A stretch of 64,000 bases of DNA, taken from Dehalococcoidia bacterium (lineage in GTDB: Bacteria > Chloroflexota > Dehalococcoidia > SM23-28-2 > HRBIN24). The stretch is taken from NCBI GenBank assembly GCA_032249735.1, contig JAVVHA010000004.1:27268-91267 (forward strand), written 5' to 3'. Below are positions 34,081 through 42,694 of the stretch, one piece after another; position 1 is the stretch's first letter, and the number at the start of each line of letters is the position of its first letter. The translations under genes were made by a program, and so were the position numbers. The notes below the pieces were generated by a model. It was not told the origin of the DNA. It saw nothing but the letters and a program-made list of their open reading frames with translations, and did no database searches.

Positions 34081-36660
34081 ATGGCCATGGCCCTAAAAAT
34101 AAGCCGCAGGACATTCCTCAAGGGCACAGCAGCAGCAGGAGGGGCAGCAGCGGCCGCCACCTTCTTATATCGCGGCCTGGACACCCTAGCAGGACCTGAT
34201 GGGGAGGCCCAAGCCCAGCTGCCCCCAGGCGAGGAGTGGATCGCCACCCTCTGCTGGATCGGCAAGCAAGACTGTGGGGTGCGGGCGCGCCGCATCAACG
34301 GGCGGGTGGTGAAGCTGGAGGGCAACGGCGCCCACCCCCGCAACCTGGGGACCCTCTGCCCCAAGGGGATGGCCCAGATCACCGCCCTTTACGACCCCCA
34401 CCGGGTGCGCACCCCCCTCATCCGCACCAACGACAAAGGGGTACCCGGCCAGTTCCGCCCCGCTTCCTGGGACGAGGCCCTGGACCTGGTGGCCTCCAAG
34501 ATACGCGAGGCCCGCGCCAAGGACCCCAAGTTAGTGGTGTGGCAGAAAGGGCGCAGCAAGTCGGCCGCCCTATACGATAACTCCTTCGCCACCGCCCTGG
34601 GGGCAACGAAGCTTCACCACGGCGCCTTCTGTTCCGACGCCGGCTACCGGGCCTCCGAATACACCCTAGGCCTCAACGGCGTCCTCCACCCCGATTACAA
34701 GCACTGCCGCTACATCATCCACTGGGGCTACAACCTCACCGCCGGCGGCGGCAACAAGCTCTGCTGGATCACCTTCCCCCGGCAGGTGGTGGAGGCCAAG
34801 GAGAGGGGGGCCAAGATCGTGCACATCGACCCCCGCCTCCACTCCGCTGGGCCCCACGCCGACTGGTGGATACCCATCCGCCCCGGCACCGACCTGGCCC
34901 TGGCCCTGGCCCTTATAAACCGGGTTCTGGAGCGTGGGCTGGTGGACAAAGACTATCTTTTGCAGTACACCAACGCCCCCTTCCTGGTCCAGGAGGACGG
35001 CACCTTCCTGCGGGTGGACGGGCGGGAGCAAGTATGGGACGAGGCGGCTGGCCAGCCAGTCCCCTATGACGTCGCCACGCGACCCTTCCTGGACGGCGTC
35101 TTCGAGTGGCAGGGGAAGAGGCTCCGCACCGCCTTCCGAGTCCTGCGGGAGCACGTGGCCCCCTATACACCCGAATGGGCCTCCCAGATCTGCGATATCC
35201 CCGCCCGCGACATCCGCCGCCTGGCCGACGAGATGGTGGACAACGCCCTTATCGGCAGCACCGTGGTCGTAGACGGGGTCGAGATCCCCCACCGGCCAGT
35301 GGCCATCCACACCTACCACTTCGCCCAGCAGGAGCTAGGGTTTCAGGCCGTGCGCGCCATGCTCATCCTCATGATGCTGCTGGGGGCGCCGGGGGCAGTG
35401 GGAGGGCAGTTCGTGGACTTCGGCTGGAAGAAGCACGCCAACTTCGACAAGTTCGGCCAGGTGACGGTAAAAGACCCCCCCTACAACATCTGGCTGGAGA
35501 ACTCGCCCTTCTTCCCCATCAACTCCAATAGCTCGGCCGTGGTGGCCCTCGCCCTTAGAGACCCCCAGGGATGGCAGGTAGACCCCAACAAACTGCCCCA
35601 GGTCATGATCATTCACATGACCAATCCCATCGTGGCCTTTGGGTCCAGCCCGGACATCCTGGAGGGATTCAAGCGCATCCCCTTCATCGTGGTGCTGGAC
35701 CCCTGGCTCTCTAAGACGGCCGACCTGCTGGCCGACGTGGTCCTGCCCGTCTCCACCCTGGAGAAGTACGAGGGCCCCTCATCGGCCACCGATGGTTATG
35801 TGGACGCCGTGGCCCTCCGCATCCCTGTCATGGAGCCCTTAGGCGAGAGCCGCAGCGAGCTGGAGATCTACCTGGACCTGGCGGAGCGCGTGGGCGTCCT
35901 GAACGCCTATCTGGAGGCCCTCAACAAGGAGCTGGGCCTTAAGCCTCCCAACGTCCTGGCCCCCGGCCGCAAGCCTACCCCCAGGGAGGTGTTCGAGCTG
36001 TGGGCCAAGTCCCAGGGGGTGGCAGAGGGGCTGGCCTACTTCGAGAAGAACGGGGTACTGGTTAAGGGCCGCCTCACCCCAGACAAGATCTATGGCTACG
36101 CCCAGAAGCCTCCCTTCGGCGGCATCCGCCACCGGCTGTATGGGGAGTCCCTCCTCTTGATGCAGCGGGAGGCGCGGCGGCGGGGGGTGGACCAGGTCTT
36201 CTGGCGCGATTACACCCCCCTGCCCGTCTGGCGAGAGCCCACCATGGAGCGCTCCCCTCGCCAATATGACCTGTACCTCATCTCCTTCAAGCTTATTGAG
36301 TTCAAGCAGGGCCGGGGCACCAACCTGCCTCTGGTGGCGGAGCTAGCCCCAGAGCAGAGGCTGTGGATGCACCCCCGCGCAGCCCAGGAGCGGGGTATCA
36401 AGGACGGCGACCTGGTGTGGGTGGAGTCCCACAACGCCTTCACCGGGGAGACCAGGCGCGTCCAGGTGAGGGTGGCCCTCACCGAGGGCATCCGGCCGGA
36501 CACGGTAGGCCTTCCCCACCACTATGGAGATATCGCTCGTCACCCCTGGAGCCAAAACCAGGGCCCCGGGGCAGCCCAACTGTTCTTTACCGGCCCTGGC
36601 TACATGGCCAACACCGCCGACCAGTCCTTCCAGGTGAAGGTACGGGTATACAAGGCCTGA
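34081..36660 (+). CDS. Tat-exported molybdopterin (bis-MGD) oxidoreductase catalytic subunit, Psr/Phs/Arr/Ttr-like clade
   Basis: Twin-arginine signal KISRRTFLKG. N-terminal Fe-S motif region CWIGKQDCG...LCPKG. Probable Mo-ligand region HHGAFCSDAGY. 860 aa. The ORF opens with GTG at 34078, and ATG at 34081 or 34087 is also possible. Confidence 0.9.
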   Translation: MAMALKISRRTFLKGTAAAGGAAAAATFLYRGLDTLAGPDGEAQAQLPPGEEWIATLCWIGKQDCGVRARRINGRVVKLEGNGAHPRNLGTLCPKGMAQITALYDPHRVRTPLIRTNDKGVPGQFRPASWDEALDLVASKIREARAKDPKLVVWQKGRSKSAALYDNSFATALGATKLHHGAFCSDAGYRASEYTLGLNGVLHPDYKHCRYIIHWGYNLTAGGGNKLCWITFPRQVVEAKERGAKIVHIDPRLHSAGPHADWWIPIRPGTDLALALALINRVLERGLVDKDYLLQYTNAPFLVQEDGTFLRVDGREQVWDEAAGQPVPYDVATRPFLDGVFEWQGKRLRTAFRVLREHVAPYTPEWASQICDIPARDIRRLADEMVDNALIGSTVVVDGVEIPHRPVAIHTYHFAQQELGFQAVRAMLILMMLLGAPGAVGGQFVDFGWKKHANFDKFGQVTVKDPPYNIWLENSPFFPINSNSSAVVALALRDPQGWQVDPNKLPQVMIIHMTNPIVAFGSSPDILEGFKRIPFIVVLDPWLSKTADLLADVVLPVSTLEKYEGPSSATDGYVDAVALRIPVMEPLGESRSELEIYLDLAERVGVLNAYLEALNKELGLKPPNVLAPGRKPTPREVFELWAKSQGVAEGLAYFEKNGVLVKGRLTPDKIYGYAQKPPFGGIRHRLYGESLLLMQREARRRGVDQVFWRDYTPLPVWREPTMERSPRQYDLYLISFKLIEFKQGRGTNLPLVAELAPEQRLWMHPRAAQERGIKDGDLVWVESHNAFTGETRRVQVRVALTEGIRPDTVGLPHHYGDIARHPWSQNQGPGAAQLFFTGPGYMANTADQSFQVKVRVYKA

Positions 36661-36676
36661 GGGGAGGTAGAGGGAT

Positions 36677-37423
36677 ATGCCCCGCTATGGCATGACCATC
36701 GACCTGAGCCGGTGCATGGGGTGTCGGGCCTGCATGGTGGCCTGCAAGGTGGAGAACAACACCCCAGAGGGCCACTTCTGGATGTACGTCTTCCGGTTCG
36801 AGGAGGACGAGTTCCCCAGGACGCGCATTTGGTTCCTGCCCCGCCCCTGCCAGCACTGCGACAACGCCCCCTGCGTGAAGGTCTGCCCCGTGGGGGCCCG
36901 CTACAAGCGGGAGGACGGCCTGGTGCTGACCGACTTCCAGCGGTGCATCGGCTGCCGCTATTGCGAGGTGGCCTGCCCTTATGGGGTCAACTACTTCCAC
37001 TGGAAGCACCCCAACAAGGCCCAGTACCTGGACTATAACGACGACCCAGAGATTAAGAGCCGCACCAGTGGCGCCATGCCCCCCTACCGCAACCCCGACC
37101 AGGACCTGCGCTACGGCCCCGAGGGGCGGCTGACGGCCGGCGCCGCCCACTACCGGGGCGTCATCGGCAAGTGCACCTTTTGCGTCCACCGCGTTGAGAA
37201 GGGCCTGGAGCCGGCCTGCGTGGCCAACTGCCCCGTGCGGGTGTTCGAGTTCGGCGACCTGGACGACCCCGATAGCGTCGTCTCCCAGAAGCTGCGCTCC
37301 TCCCCCCGTTTCCGCCTCCTGGAAGGGGAGGGGACGGAGCCACGGGTGTTCTACCTCAATGGCAACCCGCCCAGCCCTGAGGTGCGGGAGGTAATGCCGG
37401 TGAAGGGAGGTAGGAAGTCATGA
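36677..37423 (+). CDS. Four-cluster 4Fe-4S ferredoxin subunit (PsrB/DmsB-like)
   Basis: CMGCRACMVAC, CQHCDNAPCVKVCP, CIGCRYCEVACP, CTFC...CVANCP. Confidence 0.9.
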   Translation: MPRYGMTIDLSRCMGCRACMVACKVENNTPEGHFWMYVFRFEEDEFPRTRIWFLPRPCQHCDNAPCVKVCPVGARYKREDGLVLTDFQRCIGCRYCEVACPYGVNYFHWKHPNKAQYLDYNDDPEIKSRTSGAMPPYRNPDQDLRYGPEGRLTAGAAHYRGVIGKCTFCVHRVEKGLEPACVANCPVRVFEFGDLDDPDSVVSQKLRSSPRFRLLEGEGTEPRVFYLNGNPPSPEVREVMPVKGGRKS

Positions 37424-38718
37424 CCGGAAGAGCCATGCCCCTCCCCTATGGCGTGGGACGTATAACGCCCGGATGGTTAGCCCTGGCGGCCGGCGCCGCC
37501 GCCCTGGTGGGCCTTGGTGCCTTCGCCTATGCGCGACAGGCGCTGGAAGGGCTCATTGTGACCGGGATGCGCGACTGGGGCACCATGGGCGGCGCAACCT
37601 GGGCCCTCTACATCTCCTTTGACGTCTATTTCGTGGGCGTGAGCTTTGCTGGCATCACGGTGGCAGCCTTCATCAGGCTTTTGCGTCTGGACTACCTGCG
37701 GCCCATCTCACGGGTGGCCGAGCTTCTGACCATCGTATCGCTTATCCTGGCCGCCTTGTCGGTGCTGGCCGATTTGGGCCAGCCCTTGCGGGGCATTGTC
37801 AACCTGTTCCGGTACGCACGGCCCCAGTCGCCCTTCTTTGGCACCTTCACTATGGTCATCGCCGGCTATCTGTTCGCCAGCCTGGTCTACTTCTACCTGG
37901 CGGGGCGGAGGGACGCCTACCTCATGGCCCAGCATCATTCCCCCCTGCGGTGGTTCTACCGAGCATGGGCCGCTGGCTACCGGGACACTCCCCAGGAACG
38001 GGAGCGGCACCAGCGGACCAGCTTCTGGCTGGCCTTGGGCATCATCCCTCTGCTTATAACCGCCCACTCCACCCTGGGCTTGGTCTTCGGCCTCATGGGG
38101 GGGAGGCCGGGGTGGTTCAGCGCCCTACAGGCCCCTGGCTTCGTGGTGCTGGCCGGGATCTCGGGCATCGGCCACATCGTGGTGCTGGCGGCCTTGCTGC
38201 GGTGGGCCCTGGGGACGCCTGAGCGGCCGGGGATGGCGGCGTTCCGCTGGCTGGGGCTGGCGTTGCTGGTGCTGGGCCTCATCTACGTATACTTCACCAT
38301 GGTGGAGATGATAACGGCGGGCTATGCCGGCCGGGAGCACGAACAGGAGCTGGCCAAACTCGTCCTCACCGGCTATTATGCGCCCTACTTCTGGGTGGGC
38401 ATGGGGGCCCTGGCGCTGGCCATCGGCCTGCTGGCCATGCAGGCCCTTAGTGGCCGATGGAGCATCCCCCTGCTGGTGGCCAGTGGCGTGCTGGTGAACG
38501 TGACGGCGGTGGCCAAACGGCTCATCATCGTGGTGCCCTCTCTCACCCATGGCTCCCTCCTGCCATATCGCACAGGGCTGTACATCCCCACCTGGGTGGA
38601 GGGATCCATCATCGCTGGGCTCATGGGGCTGGGGGCGCTCATGATCCTCTTGTTCATGAAGGTCTTCCCCATCATGGAGGTGCCGGAGCCTAGTGGCGCA
38701 GAGGAGGTGAGGGGATGA
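37420..38718 (+). CDS. NrfD/PsrC-family quinone-interacting membrane subunit (large, ~10 TM form)
   Basis: 432 aa with about 10 hydrophobic helices. ATGA overlap with the Fe-S subunit gene. No heme-binding CxxCH motif. Confidence 0.85.
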   Translation: MTGRAMPLPYGVGRITPGWLALAAGAAALVGLGAFAYARQALEGLIVTGMRDWGTMGGATWALYISFDVYFVGVSFAGITVAAFIRLLRLDYLRPISRVAELLTIVSLILAALSVLADLGQPLRGIVNLFRYARPQSPFFGTFTMVIAGYLFASLVYFYLAGRRDAYLMAQHHSPLRWFYRAWAAGYRDTPQERERHQRTSFWLALGIIPLLITAHSTLGLVFGLMGGRPGWFSALQAPGFVVLAGISGIGHIVVLAALLRWALGTPERPGMAAFRWLGLALLVLGLIYVYFTMVEMITAGYAGREHEQELAKLVLTGYYAPYFWVGMGALALAIGLLAMQALSGRWSIPLLVASGVLVNVTAVAKRLIIVVPSLTHGSLLPYRTGLYIPTWVEGSIIAGLMGLGALMILLFMKVFPIMEVPEPSGAEEVRG

Positions 38719-38942
38719 TCTCCCAACGCGCCCTGATGGCCCTAATGGTGCTGGCGGCGGGGGTGGCCCTTATGATCGTCAGCTACTTCCTCCTGGCCAC
38801 CCCCTGGGGCTTTCCGCCGGAGTCAGAGGACTTCTCCAACCCCCGCGTGGTCTTCGCCCCCTTGATATTCATCGTGGGGGTGATAATGGCGTTTGGATCG
38901 GCCATCGTCTATGAGTTATGGCCGGAGAGGAGAAGGGGATGA
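38715..38942 (+). CDS. Small two-TM membrane protein, translationally coupled within the oxidoreductase operon
   Basis: 75 aa with two hydrophobic helices. ATGA overlaps on both sides. Confidence 0.5.
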   Translation: MISQRALMALMVLAAGVALMIVSYFLLATPWGFPPESEDFSNPRVVFAPLIFIVGVIMAFGSAIVYELWPERRRG

Positions 38943-39595
38943 GGCGGTGGGCCCGCCTGGCCCGCCTGCGGCAGGGGATGTATAGGCTCTTGGCCCTATC
39001 TTTCCTGCCCCCCGCAGACGACAGGTGGGGCCAGATGGTAGCAGGGGCACGCTACCTTCGCCAGGACGATGGCATAGCGCGCCCCTTGCCCTTCTACAGC
39101 CCGTGGCGCCTCTTCTCCCAGGCCATCCTGAAGTCCCACCCTCAGGAGGTATCATCCGAACATGTCCGCCTGTTTGGGCCTGGGGGCCCTGTGCCCCTCT
39201 GGGAAACGGCCTATCTGACCCTCGACCCTCTGTCCCAGGGGGAGGTGGTGGCGGATATCACCCAGGCCTATTTGCGGGCGGGCCTGCGCCCCTCCTCCCA
39301 GGGGCCCGATCATCTGAGCGCCGAGCTGGAGTTCATGAGCTTCCTTTGCGGGAGCGAGGCCACGGCATGGGAGGAGGGGGAGGTGACATCCCTGCGCCGC
39401 CAGCTCAAACGCCAGGGTAGGTTCCTGGACCGGCATCTCTGCCTCTGGCTGCCCCACCTGGTGCGGAGGCTGGAGACGGCCCACGCCCTGTCCCTCTTCC
39501 TGGAAGGGGCCAAGGCTGCCTGGGCCCTGGCCTGTCACGACCGCGACATGGCCCATCTCCTGGACACTGAGCTGGCCCAGGCGACGGGGGGATAG
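38939..39595 (+). CDS. TorD/DmsD/NarJ-family redox enzyme maturation chaperone
   Basis: HVRLFGPGGPVPLWETAYL and GPDHLSAELEFMSFL (family signature PDHL..EL.F). Start trimmed to the ATG at 38939. Confidence 0.8.
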   Translation: MRRWARLARLRQGMYRLLALSFLPPADDRWGQMVAGARYLRQDDGIARPLPFYSPWRLFSQAILKSHPQEVSSEHVRLFGPGGPVPLWETAYLTLDPLSQGEVVADITQAYLRAGLRPSSQGPDHLSAELEFMSFLCGSEATAWEEGEVTSLRRQLKRQGRFLDRHLCLWLPHLVRRLETAHALSLFLEGAKAAWALACHDRDMAHLLDTELAQATGG

Positions 39596-39599
39596 GCCA

Positions 39600-41102
39600 G
39601 TGACCGTGCTGGTCCTCCTGTGCCAAGACCTGGCTCACCATGGCCTCTCCCCTCAGGCCCTGGCCAGGTTTGCGGAGGAGGAGGGGGCACAGGCCGTGGT
39701 GGTGCCTGGCCTCTGCCTCCATCCAGACCGGATACGGAGAGCAGCAGCAGGAGCAGAGGCGCTGGTGATAGCCACCTGCCACCAATGGCAGGCCGAGGGG
39801 GCTATAGAGCGCCACGCCCGTGCTGCAGGCATCAGCCCCCTGGCCCTGCAGGTGGTCCCCCTGGCCCGCATCTGTCAAGGCGATGCCGACCCCATGGGGA
39901 AGGCCCAGGCCGCCCTGGCGGGGGCCTTGGCCAGGGCCCGCGCCTTCCCCGGGGCGCGCCCCGAGAACCTCCGCCCCGCCCTCCCATCCAGGGGGCCGCG
40001 GGTGAGCAGGCGGGCCCTCCTCTCCCTTCCCTCCCTTGTGTACCGGCCGGTGCCCACCCTACACAAGGGGCTATGTGCCGCCGAGCGGGGATGCCGCCAT
40101 TGTGTGTCCCAGTGCCCCCATGGGGCCCTCTACGAGGACGGGGGCATCATTCACCTCAGGCGGGAGGCCTGCACCTCTTGTGGCCTCTGCGTCACTGCCT
40201 GCCCCCATCAGGCCCTGCAGATGCCGGGCTGGGGTCCACCCGAGGTGGCCGCCCAGATGGCCGCCCTGCTGGAACGGGGAGGAGGACGGGGCCTGGCCTT
40301 TATCTGCCCCCAGAGCCCTCCCCCGGGCGGTCCCTGGTTAGCCGTGAACGTGCCCTGCGCCGCTGCCGTCCCATTGGCTGCCATGCTGACCCCCCTCTCG
40401 CGGGGGGCGCCGGCGGTAGCCATCGTCCACTGCGGGGCCCTATGCCGCTCGGGACGCCGCTCCCAGGTGGAGGAGAAGCTGGGCTTCGCCCAGGCCCTCC
40501 TCGAAGCCCTGGGCCTGGGGAAGGGACGCATCTTCCTGGCCGAGACTTCGGAGAAAGGGACACTTCTTCCATCGCCCGTGGGGCCTGCCGCAGCGACCAC
40601 CTCCAGGCCAGGGCTCCCCCACCCATCCCTGGCCGGGGCAGGAGCCGATGCCGCAGCGGTAATGGAGCTGTCCCATGGCCAGGACGTCTACCTCCTCCAT
40701 ACGGGCTCCCCCCTAGGCATGGTGCAAATAGACCCCGAGGCGTGCACCGTCTGTGGCACCTGCGCCGGCGCCTGCCCCACGAGCGCCATCCGCTACACCG
40801 AGGAGGAGGCAAGGGTATCCCTGACCTTCGACCCGCGGGTGTGCATCGCCTGCGGGCAGTGCCTGGAGGTGTGCCCAGAGCGGGAGAGGGGGGCCATCGT
40901 CCTGCGGCGAGGGGTGGACACGACCTTCCTGCGTCGAGGCCCCGAGACCGTGGCGCAAGACCGACTAGTCCTCTGCCGACGCTGTCAGGGACCGGTGGCC
41001 AGCCAGAAGATGGTGCAGCGGGTCATAGCCATGCTGGGGCCACAAGTAAGCACTCAACGCCTGGCCGAGCTCTGTAGCCAGTGCCGTGGGCTCCCCTTCT
41101 GA
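39600..41102 (+). CDS. Cytoplasmic multi-cluster Fe-S protein: two 2x[4Fe-4S] ferredoxin modules separated by Cys-containing alpha/beta regions (possibly MvhD/FlpD-like)
   Basis: CRHCVSQCP, CTSCGLCVTACP, CTVCGTCAGACP and CIACGQCLEVCP. No signal peptide or Tat motif. GTG start at 39600. Confidence 0.7.
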   Translation: MTVLVLLCQDLAHHGLSPQALARFAEEEGAQAVVVPGLCLHPDRIRRAAAGAEALVIATCHQWQAEGAIERHARAAGISPLALQVVPLARICQGDADPMGKAQAALAGALARARAFPGARPENLRPALPSRGPRVSRRALLSLPSLVYRPVPTLHKGLCAAERGCRHCVSQCPHGALYEDGGIIHLRREACTSCGLCVTACPHQALQMPGWGPPEVAAQMAALLERGGGRGLAFICPQSPPPGGPWLAVNVPCAAAVPLAAMLTPLSRGAPAVAIVHCGALCRSGRRSQVEEKLGFAQALLEALGLGKGRIFLAETSEKGTLLPSPVGPAAATTSRPGLPHPSLAGAGADAAAVMELSHGQDVYLLHTGSPLGMVQIDPEACTVCGTCAGACPTSAIRYTEEEARVSLTFDPRVCIACGQCLEVCPERERGAIVLRRGVDTTFLRRGPETVAQDRLVLCRRCQGPVASQKMVQRVIAMLGPQVSTQRLAELCSQCRGLPF

Positions 41103-41129
41103 GGCCCACGCCTGTGCCATAATGAGGCC

Positions 41130-42182
41130 GTGGAGCTAGCCATCGTCGGCCTTCGCGCAGCAGGCAAGACCACCCTTTTCCAGGCCCTGGCGGGAGGGCC
41201 CGTGGCAGGGGCGGTGGCCACCGTGCCCGTGCCCGACCATCGCCTGGAGCAGCTGGCAGCCCACTTCCGCCCCCGCAAGGTGACCCCACCGGAGGCCCTC
41301 CTCCACGATCTCCCCCCCTGGCCGGACCATGGCCAACGCCTCCCCCAAGAGGCAGCCACCGCCCTGGCCCGCGCCGATGCCCTCATCCTGGTGGTGCGGG
41401 CCTTTCACCGTCCCGACGTGCCCCACCCGCAGGGGCACGTGGATCCCCAGCGCGATTACCTGAACCTGGAGCTGGAGCTACTGTACCACGACCTGGACAT
41501 CGTGACCCGGCGCCTGGAGAAGGTGGCTAAGGTGGCCACCTCTGCCCCCCCAGGTGAGAGGAAGGCCGCCCAACGCGAGCGCCGAACCCTGGAGAGGGTC
41601 AAGGCCTGCCTGGAGTCAGAACGCCCCCTGAGGGAAGAGGAGCTGTCCCCCGGGGAAAGAAAGCTCCTCTCTCCTTTCGGCCTCTTGAGCCTACGCCCCT
41701 TGCTGGTGGTGGTAAACTCCGACGACCCTGCCCAGGGCATGGAGATGGTTCAGGCCCTGGAGAGCCGCCACGGCAGGGCCCGCACCGCTTTCGCCTCCCT
41801 CTGTGCCCAGCTGGAGCTAGAGCTGGCCCAGATGGAGAAGGAGGAGGCGGTGGCCTTCCGCCAGGAGCTGGGCCTGCCCCCGGAGGGACCCAGGGCCTTG
41901 CTGCGGCAGGCCATGGACCTCCTGGAGCTGGTCACCTTCTATACGGTGGTGGGGGAGGAATGCCGCGCCTGGCTCGTCGCCAAGGGCACCACGGCCCTGG
42001 AGGCGGCAGGCAAGATCCACTCCGACATGGCCCGCGGCTTCGTGCGGGCGGAGGTCATCGCCTGGGACCGCCTGCTGGCGGCGGGCACCCTACACGAGGC
42101 CAGGGCGCGCGGAATGGTGCGGGCCGAGGGAAAGTCCTACCTGGTGCAGGACGGCGACGTGCTACACATCCTGTTCCACTAA
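41130..42182 (+). CDS. YchF-family P-loop NTPase with degenerate switch I/II regions
   Basis: Walker A GLRAAGKTTLF. C-terminal YchF/TGS-like AGKIHSDMARGFVRAEVIAWD...GKSYLVQDGDVLHILFH. The FPFCTIEPN and DIAGL-type motifs are absent. Confidence 0.75.
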   Translation: MELAIVGLRAAGKTTLFQALAGGPVAGAVATVPVPDHRLEQLAAHFRPRKVTPPEALLHDLPPWPDHGQRLPQEAATALARADALILVVRAFHRPDVPHPQGHVDPQRDYLNLELELLYHDLDIVTRRLEKVAKVATSAPPGERKAAQRERRTLERVKACLESERPLREEELSPGERKLLSPFGLLSLRPLLVVVNSDDPAQGMEMVQALESRHGRARTAFASLCAQLELELAQMEKEEAVAFRQELGLPPEGPRALLRQAMDLLELVTFYTVVGEECRAWLVAKGTTALEAAGKIHSDMARGFVRAEVIAWDRLLAAGTLHEARARGMVRAEGKSYLVQDGDVLHILFH

Positions 42183-42668
42183 TTAACGGCCCCTCTCCCA
42201 CACCCAGGGGGGCATGCTGGCCTGGGCTACAGCATCATAGGGCGGCAGATAGGGCTTGATGTCCAGCACCGGCGTGCCATCTATAGCATCTAGGCCTCGC
42301 ACCCACAGGACATGCCCCCTCACCCGCAGAAGGCGGCAAACGGTGAGGCCGATGGGGTTGGGCCGTAGCTGGCTCCGGGTGGCGAAGACGCCCCGCACGG
42401 GCAGGCCCCCGCCCTCGGCCAGTGGGGCTTGCAGGCGGCCCTCCCGCATCTCCGCCGGCACCTGGTGCATGAAGAAAAGAACGAAGATATGGGAGAACCC
42501 CTCAAGGCCCACAAGCCCCTGGGCCATACCCCGTCGCAGGACGATGCGCGCCTCCACCTCCTCCCAACCATGGGGGCGGGGGTGCCTTACCGGGCTTCTC
42601 ACCACCCCGATGGGCTCCAGGGTGATAGGGGAAAGGGGGCCAGAGGCCTCAGGTTCAAAGAAGCGCAT
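42183..42668 (-). CDS. tRNA (m6t6A37) methyltransferase TrmO/TsaA family
   Basis: PIGVVRSPV, GLEGFSHIFVLFFMH, GVFATRSQLRPNPIGLTV, GLDAIDGTPVLDIKPY. Start trimmed to the ATG at 42668. Confidence 0.85.
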   Translation of the reverse strand: MRFFEPEASGPLSPITLEPIGVVRSPVRHPRPHGWEEVEARIVLRRGMAQGLVGLEGFSHIFVLFFMHQVPAEMREGRLQAPLAEGGGLPVRGVFATRSQLRPNPIGLTVCRLLRVRGHVLWVRGLDAIDGTPVLDIKPYLPPYDAVAQASMPPWVWERGR

Positions 42669-42694
42669 GACGGCCCGCCAGATATCTCTTCCCT

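Noticed and set aside
39620-41077. 485-aa alternative-frame ORF within the Fe-S protein gene
   Set aside because: It is on the same strand but out of frame. Its translation is Pro/Gly/Arg-rich, whereas the chosen frame yields four ferredoxin Cys motifs.
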